A stretch of 64,000 nt of DNA from an uncultured Gemmatimonadales bacterium (GCA_963704805.1 CAVPHS010000002.1:260709-324708); one strand, 5' to 3'. Positions 1 through 8,368 are shown, numbered from the stretch's first letter. Notes: generated by a model not told the origin, from the letters alone. A program made the numbers and translations.

Positions 1-951
1 CTGCGTTCCGGCCGGAATCCGCAGGACGACGCGTTTGCCGTCGAGCGTCTTCACCTTGATGCGGGAGCCGAGCAGGGCCTGGGCGATGTTGATCGGTACG
101 ACGCCGATCACATCCAGTCCCTCGCGCCGGAAGAAGCGATCGGGCGCCACGTGAATCACCACGATGAGATCGCCGCGGCCCTTAGGACCCTGATTCTTGA
201 GCCGCAGACGCGCGCCGTCTTCTACTCCCGCCGGAATATCGACATTGATGCGCTTCTCGACGCGCACCTCGCCGCTGCCCTGGCATGTCGGGCAGCGTTG
301 CGACGGAACGGTTCCCTTCCCGCGGCACACCGGGCACGGACGATTGACCGCGAAGCCACCCTGTCCAAAAGAGACCGTCCCACGACCCTTACACTCGGGG
401 CACGTATTGACGGTGGCCCCCTTTGCGGCGCCCGTGCCGCCGCACGTGGGACAGACTTCGGGCATGGCGAGCGTGATCGGCACGGAGCCGCCCAGCGCGG
501 CGACCCGGAACGGAATCGTGATGCTGGTCTCGACTTCTTCCGGTTCGGAATCGCGGCCCCCTCCTCCCCCCGTGCCCCGGCGGCCGAAGATCGACGAGAA
601 CAGATCCCCCAACCCGCCAAGATCGGAGATGTCGAAATCACCGCTGTCGTCCGCGCTGGGTCCTGCCGCCGGCGCGCCACGCCGCGCGCCGCGCTGTCCG
701 AACCCACCACCGCCGGGGCTCGCGAACGCCCCGTAGCGACGCAGCTGGTCGTACTTCTTCCGCTTCTCCTTGTCGCTCAATACATCGTGCGCCTCGCTGA
801 TTTCTTTGAAGCGCTCGGCGGCCTGCGGGTTGTTGGGATTCCGATCGGGATGGTACTGCTTGGCCAGGCGGCGAAAGGACTTCTTGATTTCGTCCGTCGT
901 GGCCGTCTCAGCGACTCCCAATGTCTGGTAGTAGTCGCGTTGTGCCGCCAT
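1..951 (-). CDS. dnaJ: Chaperone DnaJ, 3'-truncated by the window edge (317 codons present)
   Basis: The minus frame is open to position 1, so it is absent from the ORF track. My translation from ATG 951..949 reads MAAQRDYYQTLGVAETATTDEIKKSFRRLAKQYHPDRNP (J domain with HPD). A G/F-rich linker follows, then four CxxCxGxG repeats (CPTCGGTG, CPECKGRG, CPVCRGKG, CPTCQGSG). The ATG overlaps the grpE stop (TAATG). Confidence 0.92.
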   Translation of the reverse strand, partial: MAAQRDYYQTLGVAETATTDEIKKSFRRLAKQYHPDRNPNNPQAAERFKEISEAHDVLSDKEKRKKYDQLRRYGAFASPGGGGFGQRGARRGAPAAGPSADDSGDFDISDLGGLGDLFSSIFGRRGTGGGGGRDSEPEEVETSITIPFRVAALGGSVPITLAMPEVCPTCGGTGAAKGATVNTCPECKGRGTVSFGQGGFAVNRPCPVCRGKGTVPSQRCPTCQGSGEVRVEKRINVDIPAGVEDGARLRLKNQGPKGRGDLIVVIHVAPDRFFRREGLDVIGVVPINIAQALLGSRIKVKTLDGKRVVLRIPAGTQ

Positions 952-1517
952 TAATGGCCCTGCCAGGTGAGCACGATCACGCGCGCCGGCCGCAGCAGGG
1001 TGTCGCGCATCCTGTAGCCCGGTTGCACGACTTGGCCTACGGTGTGATCCAGCTCTGGTTTCGGCGCGGGCTGCGTGGTGACGGCTTCATGCAGATGGGG
1101 ATCGAATGGCACACCGGCCTCATCGATTCGCGTCACACCCGCGCCCTCGAGCTCCTTCCAAATCTTTCGCTCGACCAGGTCGACGCCCTCATGCAACGTC
1201 TTGGCGTCGGTTTCCGCTGGATCGATATGCGCAAAGCGCGACAGATCGTCGAGCGCGTCAGCGAGGCGCGAGACCAGCTCGGCCTGCGCACGCTGCCACG
1301 TCTCGGTTCGCTCCTTCGCGCTACGCTTGCGAAAGTTGTCGTACTCGGCAGCGAGCCGCAGATGCTTGTCCTTCCAGACGTCCACCTCCGACGGACCCGC
1401 TGGCGACGACGCCGGTGGCGCCGCCGGCTCAGTCGGAGTCGCGGCGACGACCGGTTCCTTCGTGCCCGGATCGAGCGACGGGACGGGCGGGGAATGCGGG
1501 TGACGTTTGTTGGTCAT
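951..1517 (-). CDS. grpE: Nucleotide exchange factor GrpE
   Basis: 188-aa ORF. It has the GrpE core LRLAAEYDNFRKRSAKE and the C-terminal FDPHLHEAV...VVQPGYRMRDTLLRPARV. It sits immediately upstream of dnaJ on the same strand. Confidence 0.95.
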   Translation of the reverse strand: MTNKRHPHSPPVPSLDPGTKEPVVAATPTEPAAPPASSPAGPSEVDVWKDKHLRLAAEYDNFRKRSAKERTETWQRAQAELVSRLADALDDLSRFAHIDPAETDAKTLHEGVDLVERKIWKELEGAGVTRIDEAGVPFDPHLHEAVTTQPAPKPELDHTVGQVVQPGYRMRDTLLRPARVIVLTWQGH

Positions 1518-1578
1518 GGGTTTGGAACTTTCAGTCTGACAACAAGATAAGCCCGCAAGACTCGGGAGGGAAACCCCG

Positions 1579-2349
1579 TTACTCGCTCGCCCGATTGGAC
1601 GCCAAAGAACGATGGGTACGGGCGAAGTCCATCACGTCGTCCACGACACGCTGCACGTTGAAAAGATCGTGCGGCAGGTCCGGATACCAATTGAGCCTGG
1701 CGCGAGCCGAAAGGCTTTCGGCCAGCCGCCGAGCGGCCTCCAGGTCGATCACGCGATCGGCGCCACCGAGCAGAAACAGCACGGGTCGCTCGATGCGCTG
1801 GGAATCGGCGAGCACTGCCCGCTGGGCCCATAGCAGCTCCGCGCGCGCGCCGGCGGTCATGTACTCGCTGCCCCGCCCGGTCGGCAGTGTCGGCCACAAG
1901 TCGGCGAGCTTCGCCGCGAGCCGTTTCCACGCGGGCGCCAGGACACGCGATGCCAGCCAGGGACCCGACACCACCGCAGCGGCCGGCGGCTCGCCTGGCT
2001 GCGTCTCGAGGTAACGCAGCACCACGAGCGCGCCGAAGCCATGGCCGACCAGAACCTGCGGCACATCGTGCCGTTGCCGCACCGCGCGGCGAAACGTCTG
2101 CAGGTCGCCGAGCAGCTGGCTGAAGCGTGACAGGTGGCCGCGCCGCCCGCCCGATCGCCCGTGACCGCGCTGATCGAGGAAATACGCCGCGAACCCGGCG
2201 GTCCTGAGCTGCATGCCCAGCGGCGTCCAGCGATCGGAGAGACCGGGAGGATACCAGTCGTGCAGAAACAGCACGGCGACATGGGGCTGCGCCGGTTCGT
2301 ACGCGTCGTAGATGAGCGGCGTCCCGTCGGGGGCATTGATGCGATTCAT
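1579..2349 (-). CDS. Alpha/beta-fold hydrolase (lysophospholipase / monoacylglycerol-lipase-like) with an atypical GHGFG elbow
   Basis: 256-aa ORF with the fold landmarks DQRGHGRSGG, the elbow VGHGFGALV, a late Asp (GGADRVID) and a late His (LPHDLF). It overlaps the cinA stop by 4 bp. Confidence 0.75.
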   Translation of the reverse strand: MNRINAPDGTPLIYDAYEPAQPHVAVLFLHDWYPPGLSDRWTPLGMQLRTAGFAAYFLDQRGHGRSGGRRGHLSRFSQLLGDLQTFRRAVRQRHDVPQVLVGHGFGALVVLRYLETQPGEPPAAAVVSGPWLASRVLAPAWKRLAAKLADLWPTLPTGRGSEYMTAGARAELLWAQRAVLADSQRIERPVLFLLGGADRVIDLEAARRLAESLSARARLNWYPDLPHDLFNVQRVVDDVMDFARTHRSLASNRASE

Positions 2350-3608
2350 GGACCGAGCTTGCCCACCAGCCGCCGCAGCAAGTCGAGGGCGGCCTGCGCG
2401 GCTCGCGCGCGAATCTCGGCACGATCTCCGAGAAACATGCGACGCAACGCGCGGGCGTCAGAGCCCACTCGCGCAGCGAGCCACACCGTGCCGACCGGTT
2501 TTTCCTGCGTGCCACCACCTGGACCGGCGATACCCGTGACGGCCAGCGCTGCGTCGACGCCGAATTGCCGCTGCGCGCCCGCGACCATCGCCGCCACGAC
2601 TTCCTCGGACACTGCGCCATGCGCTTTGATCAGTGCCGCTGGTACGCCAAGGAGCTCGTGTTTGACAGCGTCATCGTAGGCGACGATGCCGCCTGCGAAG
2701 ACGTCGGACGAGCCCGGCACGGCGGTGATCCTCCCGCCGAGCAGTCCGCCGGTGCACGACTCCGCGACCGCGAGCCGCAGCTGTCGCGCGCGCAGCAGCT
2801 CGAGAATGGTTGCCGCGAGATCGGTCTTGTCTTCCCCGTAGACGTGCTCGCCGGCGCGCTCCCGCAGCTGTGTCGCCGCGGTGGCGAGGCGGCGCTCGGC
2901 GTCCGTTTCAGGCAGTCTCCACGCCGTCAGCCGCAGATCGACGCCGTCGGTCGACGGGATATAGGCCAGCGTCAGGGGCACGATGTCGTCTTCGATCGCC
3001 CCGATCCGTTCTGCGAGCGCGGACTCGGCGATCCCGGTCGTCCGGACGGTCCGCGATTGGACCACGTGGCGCTCGCCGCGCTCGCGCTGCTGGCGCTGGA
3101 CGAGACGCGGCAACACCTCCTCGCCCAGCAGTCCACGCATTTCTGACGGGACGCCCGGCAGCATCACCACCACACGACCGCGCGAATCCTCGACCCAGAG
3201 CCCCGGAGCCGTTCCTCGCGGATTCGGCAGCACGGTCGCGCCCTGCGGCACCTCGGCCTGTGTCCGGTTCGAAGCGGGCATCGGTCGTCCCAGCCTCTGA
3301 AACCGCGCTTCGAGCGACTGGAGAATGTCTGCGCGGAGCTCCAGCGGCTTGCCGAACAGCGTCGCGACCTCCCGTTTCGTCATATCGTCGCGCGTCGGGC
3401 CAAGGCCGCCCGTAGTGACGACGAAACCGGTCCGGTCGAGCGCCTCTGCCACCGCCGCGCGAATCGCGTCCGGGCGGTCGGGGACCGAGCTGTGCCGCAC
3501 CACTTCCACACCCGCGCCCGCCAGCGCGCGCCCCAGCTCGGCGGCGTTCGTGTCGGGCGTAAGACCCAGCAGCAGCTCGGTGCCGATGGTGACGACCTCG
3601 AGCTTCAC
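2346..3608 (-). CDS. cinA: CinA family protein (MoCF-binding domain + PncC-type NMN amidohydrolase)
   Basis: The ORF track gives 2346..3725, but its first 39 codons overlap pgsA. GTG at 3608 yields VKLEVVTIGTELLLG, the canonical CinA N-terminus, and makes a GTGA overlap with the pgsA stop. The C-terminal half contains LAVAESCTGGLLG and GTVW motifs. Confidence 0.85.
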   Translation of the reverse strand: MKLEVVTIGTELLLGLTPDTNAAELGRALAGAGVEVVRHSSVPDRPDAIRAAVAEALDRTGFVVTTGGLGPTRDDMTKREVATLFGKPLELRADILQSLEARFQRLGRPMPASNRTQAEVPQGATVLPNPRGTAPGLWVEDSRGRVVVMLPGVPSEMRGLLGEEVLPRLVQRQQRERGERHVVQSRTVRTTGIAESALAERIGAIEDDIVPLTLAYIPSTDGVDLRLTAWRLPETDAERRLATAATQLRERAGEHVYGEDKTDLAATILELLRARQLRLAVAESCTGGLLGGRITAVPGSSDVFAGGIVAYDDAVKHELLGVPAALIKAHGAVSEEVVAAMVAGAQRQFGVDAALAVTGIAGPGGGTQEKPVGTVWLAARVGSDARALRRMFLGDRAEIRARAAQAALDLLRRLVGKLGP

Positions 3609-4276
3609 TTGCCGACTTTGAGGAGAGCCCGGTAGCGGTAGAGGTAGACGAGCAGCGAATACACGGTCAACACGATGGCGCCCGCGAGCGTCACCGACAC
3701 GAACCAGCCGTGGAACTGATCCCAATAGTTCCGATATGTGCCGACGAGGTGCATCTCGGCGATCGCGTCCTTCCAGGCGAACCAGGCGATCGTCGCGCCG
3801 ATGAAAATGTTCTGCACTACGGCTTTCAGCTTTCCCGCCCCCACCGCGGGGATCACGATGCCGCGTCGCTTCGCGAAAAAGCGAAACACCGTGATCAAAA
3901 CCTCACGTCCCACGAGCAGCAGCGCGACCCAAACCGGCAGGCTGCCCCACCACGGGATGCGATAGTCGACGAGGATGGTCGGATGCCGCGTGATCCAGAA
4001 GATCGGAATCAGGGTGGCGAAGAGCAGCAGCTTATCCGCGATCGGGTCGAGCAGGATGCCGAGCTCGCTGGTCGTGCCGTAGCGTCGGGCCAGATAGCCA
4101 TCGACGAGATCCGAAAAGGCGGCGATCAGGAACACGACAAAGGCAATGACTTTCGGCCAATACCCTTGAATGAACGGCAGGAGCGCGATCACGGGCGTGA
4201 GGCTGATGCGCGCCAGCGTGATCATGTTCGGCACCGTCCACCGAAACGGAGGAAGCCGCGAAGAGGCCCCCGCCAT
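3605..4276 (-). CDS. pgsA: CDP-diacylglycerol--glycerol-3-phosphate 3-phosphatidyltransferase
   Basis: 223-aa multi-pass membrane ORF carrying the CDP-alcohol phosphatidyltransferase motif DLVDGYLARRYGTTSELGILLDPIADKLL. Confidence 0.9.
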   Translation of the reverse strand: MAGASSRLPPFRWTVPNMITLARISLTPVIALLPFIQGYWPKVIAFVVFLIAAFSDLVDGYLARRYGTTSELGILLDPIADKLLLFATLIPIFWITRHPTILVDYRIPWWGSLPVWVALLLVGREVLITVFRFFAKRRGIVIPAVGAGKLKAVVQNIFIGATIAWFAWKDAIAEMHLVGTYRNYWDQFHGWFVSVTLAGAIVLTVYSLLVYLYRYRALLKVGK

Positions 4277-4950
4277 CAGCTCAACGTCTTGAGTACCAGC
4301 TTACTGACCGCCTTGAGGGTATCGAATACCCCATCCCCGCGCACCGCTACCGCCTCGTGGTAGGCCGCGCGACCAACCCAGTCCCCGCCGACCTTTTCGA
4401 TGAGGTTCTCGCCCGGATGAGAGGGGTCGGGCGTCACCTTTTGCCGTGCGCCGTCTTCGACGGGCCACCCGGGATTCAGGGCGGCCTGCAGGTCCTTGAT
4501 GGGCGCCGCGTTCGGTAGATCGCGCTTGTTGTACTGAATCACAAACGGGATTTTGGTCAGATCGTAGCCGTACTCGGACATGTTGTCGTACAAATTCTGC
4601 ATCGATTCCACGTTGGCTTCCATGCGCTCGATTTGGCTGTCGGCGACGAAGACGATACCGTCGACACCCTTGAGAATGAGCTTGCGGCTCGCGTTGTAGT
4701 ACACCTGACCGGGCACGGTGTAGAGATGGAACCGCGTCTTGAAGCCGCGGATCGTGCCGAGGTCGACCGGGAGGAAGTCGAAGAACAGCGTCCGCTCGGT
4801 CTCGGTCGCGAGCGAGATCATCTTGCCGCGGGTGTTGGGGGAGACCTTCCCGTAAATGTGCTCGAGGTTCGTCGTCTTGCCGCCGAGCCCGGGGCCGTAG
4901 TAGACGAGCTTGCAGTTGATCTCGCGGGACGCGTAGTTGATCATCGACAT
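4276..4950 (-). CDS. mglA: Ras-like polarity GTPase MglA (with an internal insertion)
   Basis: 224-aa [49 protein letters not shown] and VIQYNKRDL are near-identical in layout to Myxococcus MglA as I recall it. Its stop shares ATGA with the pgsA start. Confidence 0.9.
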   Translation of the reverse strand: MSMINYASREINCKLVYYGPGLGGKTTNLEHIYGKVSPNTRGKMISLATETERTLFFDFLPVDLGTIRGFKTRFHLYTVPGQVYYNASRKLILKGVDGIVFVADSQIERMEANVESMQNLYDNMSEYGYDLTKIPFVIQYNKRDLPNAAPIKDLQAALNPGWPVEDGARQKVTPDPSHPGENLIEKVGGDWVGRAAYHEAVAVRGDGVFDTLKAVSKLVLKTLS

Positions 4951-4965
4951 GGGCGCGTCCCTGCC

Positions 4966-5451
4966 TTATCCGAAGAGTTTGTCAATTTCGTCCTCTGCCC
5001 CTTCGAGCAGCCCTTTTTCCTGCGCCTGACCCGTGCCCACCCGATTGAACATCGTTTCGAAGACCTTGTTCAGCTCTCCGACGACGGTTTTCGCCTTCAG
5101 TTTTACGAGTCCCAGTGTGGCGCGCTGATCGAAGAGCACGACGAGAATGACCCGCTTCGCCACGTCCGCGAGATACATCGACTCGCGCTCGCCCTGATGC
5201 ACCAGCGACGCGAACTCCTCCTCGCCGATCATCTTGGCGAGCTGATCATTCGCGCTGAAGTCCGCGGCGGTCAGTGAGGCAAAGGCGGTGGGATCGAACT
5301 GCGGGGCTTCCCCGACGGTGGCGACGAGCTGGCCATTGCGATCAACGAGCAACGCACAGCGGGCGTTCGAATCGCGCAGGAACGCCTGCAGCCGCGTCTG
5401 GATTTGCTTGAAGTCGTTCTCGTTGAAGGACCAGCTAGCGGCTCCGGCCAA
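4966..5451 (-). CDS. mglB: Roadblock/LC7-domain GTPase-activating protein MglB
   Basis: The ORF track extends to 5922, but that extension overlaps recR and is Arg-rich nonsense. In-frame TTG at 5451 lies behind GAGGAGAGAGAGGG. It gives MAGAASWSFNENDFKQIQ...LLVDRNGQLVATVG...ILVVLFDQRATLGLVKLK, collinear with MglB. Confidence 0.78.
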   Translation of the reverse strand: MAGAASWSFNENDFKQIQTRLQAFLRDSNARCALLVDRNGQLVATVGEAPQFDPTAFASLTAADFSANDQLAKMIGEEEFASLVHQGERESMYLADVAKRVILVVLFDQRATLGLVKLKAKTVVGELNKVFETMFNRVGTGQAQEKGLLEGAEDEIDKLFG

Positions 5452-5474
5452 TGCTTCCCTCTCTCTCCTCGAGG

Positions 5475-6089
5475 TCAGTCGGTCTCGGACATGTCGCGCC
5501 GTGCCGCGAGCGCTTGAGCGATGGTCACCGCGTCGGCGTACTCCAGGTCGCCGCCAACCGGCAATCCGCGCGCGATGCGTGTGACCCGAATCCCGCCATT
5601 GCCCCCGTGTGGCTTCAGCACCTGCTGGAGGTAGGTAGCCGTCGCCTCCCCTTCCATTGAGGGATTCGTTGCGACGATAACCTCGCGTACCTCCGAGCCG
5701 TTGGCCAGCCGGGCGAGCAACCGGTCCACGTGCAGCTCGTCCGGACCGATGCCGTCGAGCGGCGAAAGGCGGCCGCCCAGCACGTGATAGAGCCCACGAT
5801 ACCGGCCGGCGCGCTCGATGGCGCTGACGTCGCCCGCTTCCTCGACCACACAAAGCAGGGTGGCATCGCGCCGCGGGTCGGTGCAAATCGGGCACGGATC
5901 GACGTCCGCCAGATTGCCGCACTTACCGCACGCCACGACCTGACCCCGCACGCGACGGATGGCCTCCGCCAGTCGCTCGGCGGCCTCCGCGGGCTGCTTC
6001 AGCAAATGGAACGTGAGTCGTTGGGCCGTCTTACGCCCGATGCCGGGGAGCTTGGCCAGCTCCGCCACAAGCTCCTCAATGGCGGACAC
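5475..6089 (-). CDS. recR: Recombination protein RecR
   Basis: 204-aa ORF with an HhH N-terminus (LPGIGRKTAQRL), a Cys4 finger (CGKCGNLADVDPCPIC) and Toprim motifs (LLCVVEE ... VIVATNPSMEGEATA). Confidence 0.95.
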   Translation of the reverse strand: MSAIEELVAELAKLPGIGRKTAQRLTFHLLKQPAEAAERLAEAIRRVRGQVVACGKCGNLADVDPCPICTDPRRDATLLCVVEEAGDVSAIERAGRYRGLYHVLGGRLSPLDGIGPDELHVDRLLARLANGSEVREVIVATNPSMEGEATATYLQQVLKPHGGNGGIRVTRIARGLPVGGDLEYADAVTIAQALAARRDMSETD

Positions 6090-6104
6090 GGGGGGAGCCG
6101 CGGC

Positions 6105-6425
6105 CTAGAGCGGCGGCAGCTGGAACGGGAACGGCAGTCCCGACGCCAGCTTCCGCACCTCGGCCTGATACAGCTCGGCTGCGCGTTTTTGCGCCTCCGC
6201 GACTGCGGCGAGCACGAGATCCTCGAGCATCTCGACATCGCCCTGGCTGACCGCCTGCGGGTCGATTCTGATGGCGCGAATGTGCCCGCGCCCGTCGACG
6301 GTGGCTTGCACCATGCCCCCGCCGGCAGAAACCGTCAGGGTCTGTTGCGCCAACTGGGTCTGGATCTCGGTAAGCCGCCCCTGCATCTGTTGGGAGAGCT
6401 GGAGCAGGCTAGATAAATCCGCCAT
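6105..6425 (-). CDS. ybaB: Nucleoid-associated protein YbaB/EbfC
   Basis: 106-aa ORF. The pattern MQ..L.E.Q..L......SAGGGMVQATVDGRGHIRAIRIDP and its position between dnaX and recR are the classic synteny. Confidence 0.9.
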   Translation of the reverse strand: MADLSSLLQLSQQMQGRLTEIQTQLAQQTLTVSAGGGMVQATVDGRGHIRAIRIDPQAVSQGDVEMLEDLVLAAVAEAQKRAAELYQAEVRKLASGLPFPFQLPPL

Positions 6426-6461
6426 ATATCGAAAGTTACCCCTCGGGGGAACGTTAGCAAG

Positions 6462-8126
6462 CTATTCGAGAAGCTCCAAATCTAATGCGTCCACAGCGGC
6501 GCTGAGGGTCGGGTCTTTAGCGCGCAAACTCTTCAGCCGCTCGGCCGCCGCCCGCTCCTCGGTCATGCGTTCCAACCCCGATCCCCCCCCTCCCCCCCCG
6601 CCCCCGCCCCGGCCCCCGCGAGCCTCGGCGCCACCGCCTCCGATTTTCACCCGCGGAGCTTCACTGATGAACCGACCAATCGCTTGCGCGATGGTGTCGC
6701 GTTGCCGCTCGAGTCCTTCCGCATGTCCGTCGTTGCCAGGCCGCACGGTAATGATGCGCCCATCGACGGCGACGACTTCTGCTTCCGCAAGCAGACTGCC
6801 CAGCAGGGGAGTCTTGGCGCGAGCGTCGGCGACGACGGCGGCCCAGACGGAGCGGACGTTCTCGACGGTGGGCTCGAGCTTCTGACCGGTCGGCGAGAGA
6901 GGCGGCGGCGAGAGAGGCGGCGGCGATTTAAGCGCCGGCGATTTAAGCGGCGGTGAAGGGGCGGCGACCGTACCCGTCCCCCGTCCCCCTTCCCCCTTCC
7001 CAAGTGCTTCAATCACCTCCGACAGCTCGACCGTCCGATCCAGCATGGTCCAGCGCAGGAGCAAAAGCTCGACGAGGAGCCGTTGATTCGCACTGCGACT
7101 GAGCCGCTCCTCGGATTCGCCGAGGATCGTCAGCAGTCGTACCACATCCGACGGCGGCAGCTGTGCGGCATACTCGCGGACTACGGCCATGAGGCCTTCG
7201 GTCAGGCCTTCCGGCTGGCCACCGACTCCCACGAGCAGCAGCGCGCGCAAAGTCTCACCCGCCCCGTTCACGAACTCGCCGAGATCCGCGCCGGCTTCGA
7301 CAAGGCGCTCGATGAGCGGGAAGATCGCGCCCGGATCGTGCTCGACGATCGCGCGTAGCATTTCGCCGTACAGCTCGTCGGGAATGAGACCGAGCACCTC
7401 GCGCACGCGCGCGGCGGTCACCGGCCCCTCCCCGAACGACAGCACCTGATCGAGCAGCGACAGCGCATCCCGCATACCGCCGTTGGCGCTCTTCGCGATG
7501 AGATGCAGCGCATCGTCCTCGACCTGCAGACCCTCGGCTTTCGCCACGTCCTTGAGTCGAGCAACGATGGCGTGTGGCCCGATGCGCCGGAAATCGAAGC
7601 GCTGCAGCCGCGACAGAATCGGGGCCGCCGTGTTGGCGATTTTCTGCGGCTCAGTGGTGGCGAAGACGAAGACCACGCGCGGCGGCGGCTCTTCGAGAAT
7701 CTTGAGCAGCGCATTCCACGCTTCGCGCGTGAGCATATGCGCTTCGTCCACGATGTACACCTTGGAACCGCTCTCCGTACTGGCCGCGTACATGGCGCGC
7801 TCGCGCAGATCGCGGGCATCGTCGACGCCACGGTTGGAGGCGGCGTCCAGCTCGACGACATCGAGGTTCGCGGCTCCGGTCCAGATGCGTCGGCACGAAT
7901 CGCAGACACCGCACGGCTCGCCCGCCGCCGAGCGTTTCTCGCAGTTCAGGGCCATCGCCAGGATGCGGGCGGCGGTGGTTTTTCCGACGCCGCGTGGACC
8001 GGCGAAGAGGTAGCCGTGGGCCACGCGGCCGTGGGCGACGGCGCCACGCAGTGCGGCGGCGACATGGTTCTGGACAATCAGGTCGGCGAATTGCTTGGGC
8101 CGGTACTTGCGAGCAAGCGCAATCAT
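6462..8126 (-). CDS. dnaX: DNA polymerase III subunit gamma/tau
   Basis: 554-aa ORF with Walker A GPRGVGKTT, a Zn module CGVCDSC, Walker B VYIVDEAHML and sensor motifs. The low-complexity tau linker contains 15-bp DNA repeats. Confidence 0.95.
   Translation of the reverse strand: MIALARKYRPKQFADLIVQNHVAAALRGAVAHGRVAHGYLFAGPRGVGKTTAARILAMALNCEKRSAAGEPCGVCDSCRRIWTGAANLDVVELDAASNRGVDDARDLRERAMYAASTESGSKVYIVDEAHMLTREAWNALLKILEEPPPRVVFVFATTEPQKIANTAAPILSRLQRFDFRRIGPHAIVARLKDVAKAEGLQVEDDALHLIAKSANGGMRDALSLLDQVLSFGEGPVTAARVREVLGLIPDELYGEMLRAIVEHDPGAIFPLIERLVEAGADLGEFVNGAGETLRALLLVGVGGQPEGLTEGLMAVVREYAAQLPPSDVVRLLTILGESEERLSRSANQRLLVELLLLRWTMLDRTVELSEVIEALGKGEGGRGTGTVAAPSPPLKSPALKSPPPLSPPPLSPTGQKLEPTVENVRSVWAAVVADARAKTPLLGSLLAEAEVVAVDGRIITVRPGNDGHAEGLERQRDTIAQAIGRFISEAPRVKIGGGGAEARGGRGGGGGGGGGSGLERMTEERAAAERLKSLRAKDPTLSAAVDALDLELLE
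6891..6950. repeat. Four tandem 15-bp units inside the dnaX linker
   Basis: cggcgagagaggcgg occurs twice (6891..6920). Then cggcgatttaagcgc and cggcgatttaagcgg follow (6921..6950). Together they encode PLKSPALKSPPPLSPPPLSP. Confidence 0.9.
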
Positions 8127-8199
8127 GGAGGGGAATCTACTCCCTGTTTACCGCCGTGCGTCTGTCTCCGGTTTCCGGTTTACCGTTGACACGTAAAAT

Positions 8200-8296
8200 G
8201 CCCCAGGCACCCCGCAACGAATCCCGACATCGTTTAGCGCTGCTCCCTGCGGGGGCCTGACGCGGTTCACGAGCGGAAAGCCTGCGGACCTGGGGC
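8200..8296 (-). ncRNA. ffs: Signal recognition particle RNA (small/4.5S type)
   Basis: The minus-strand RNA is GCCCCAGGUCCGCAGG...GUCAGGCCCC(CGCA)GGGAGCAGC...UGCGGGGUGCCUGGGGC. The 5' GCCCCAGG pairs with the 3' CCUGGGGC. The conserved domain-IV motifs GUCAGG and AGCAGC flank a short hairpin, and the RNA ends in AUUUU. It lies directly upstream of dnaX-ybaB-recR, the classic synteny. Ends are accurate to about 3 nt. Confidence 0.85.
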
Positions 8297-8302
8297 GTGT
8301 GA

Positions 8303-8332
8303 AATGTACAATGTCCAATGATCAATGATCAA
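8303..8332 (-). promoter_or_regulatory. Candidate sigma70-type promoter of ffs
   Basis: On the minus strand, TTGATC (8332..8327) is followed by an 18-nt spacer and TACATT (8308..8303). The predicted RNA 5' end (8296) lies 7 nt further downstream. Confidence 0.4.
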
Positions 8333-8358
8333 TGATCATTGGACATTGATCCTTGATC
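8311..8358. repeat. AT-rich heptad array (AATGATC x3, ATTGGAC, ATTGATC, CTTGATC) with an embedded 14-bp-arm palindrome
   Basis: The arms ATGTCCAATGATCA (8311..8324) and TGATCATTGGACAT (8333..8346) are perfect inverted repeats. The 7-bp periodicity runs over 8317..8358, and there are five GATC sites within 39 bp. Confidence 0.85.
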
Positions 8359-8368
8359 ATTCGGCCCG

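Noticed and set aside
4966-5922. Long 5' extensions of ORF-track models: mglB to 5922, MBL to 14672, amidase to 30856, 43864..44904, 46075.., 61057.., 40654..
   Set aside because: The extensions overlap well-supported neighbouring genes and translate to basic nonsense. Internal starts give canonical N-termini or signal peptides, often with start/stop coupling.
7979-7983. A dnaX programmed frameshift / slippery site for gamma versus tau.
   Set aside because: The only A-run on the coding strand is the A5 inside the Walker A codons (GGA AAA ACC). There is no A AAA AAG-type heptamer or downstream hairpin in the linker region.
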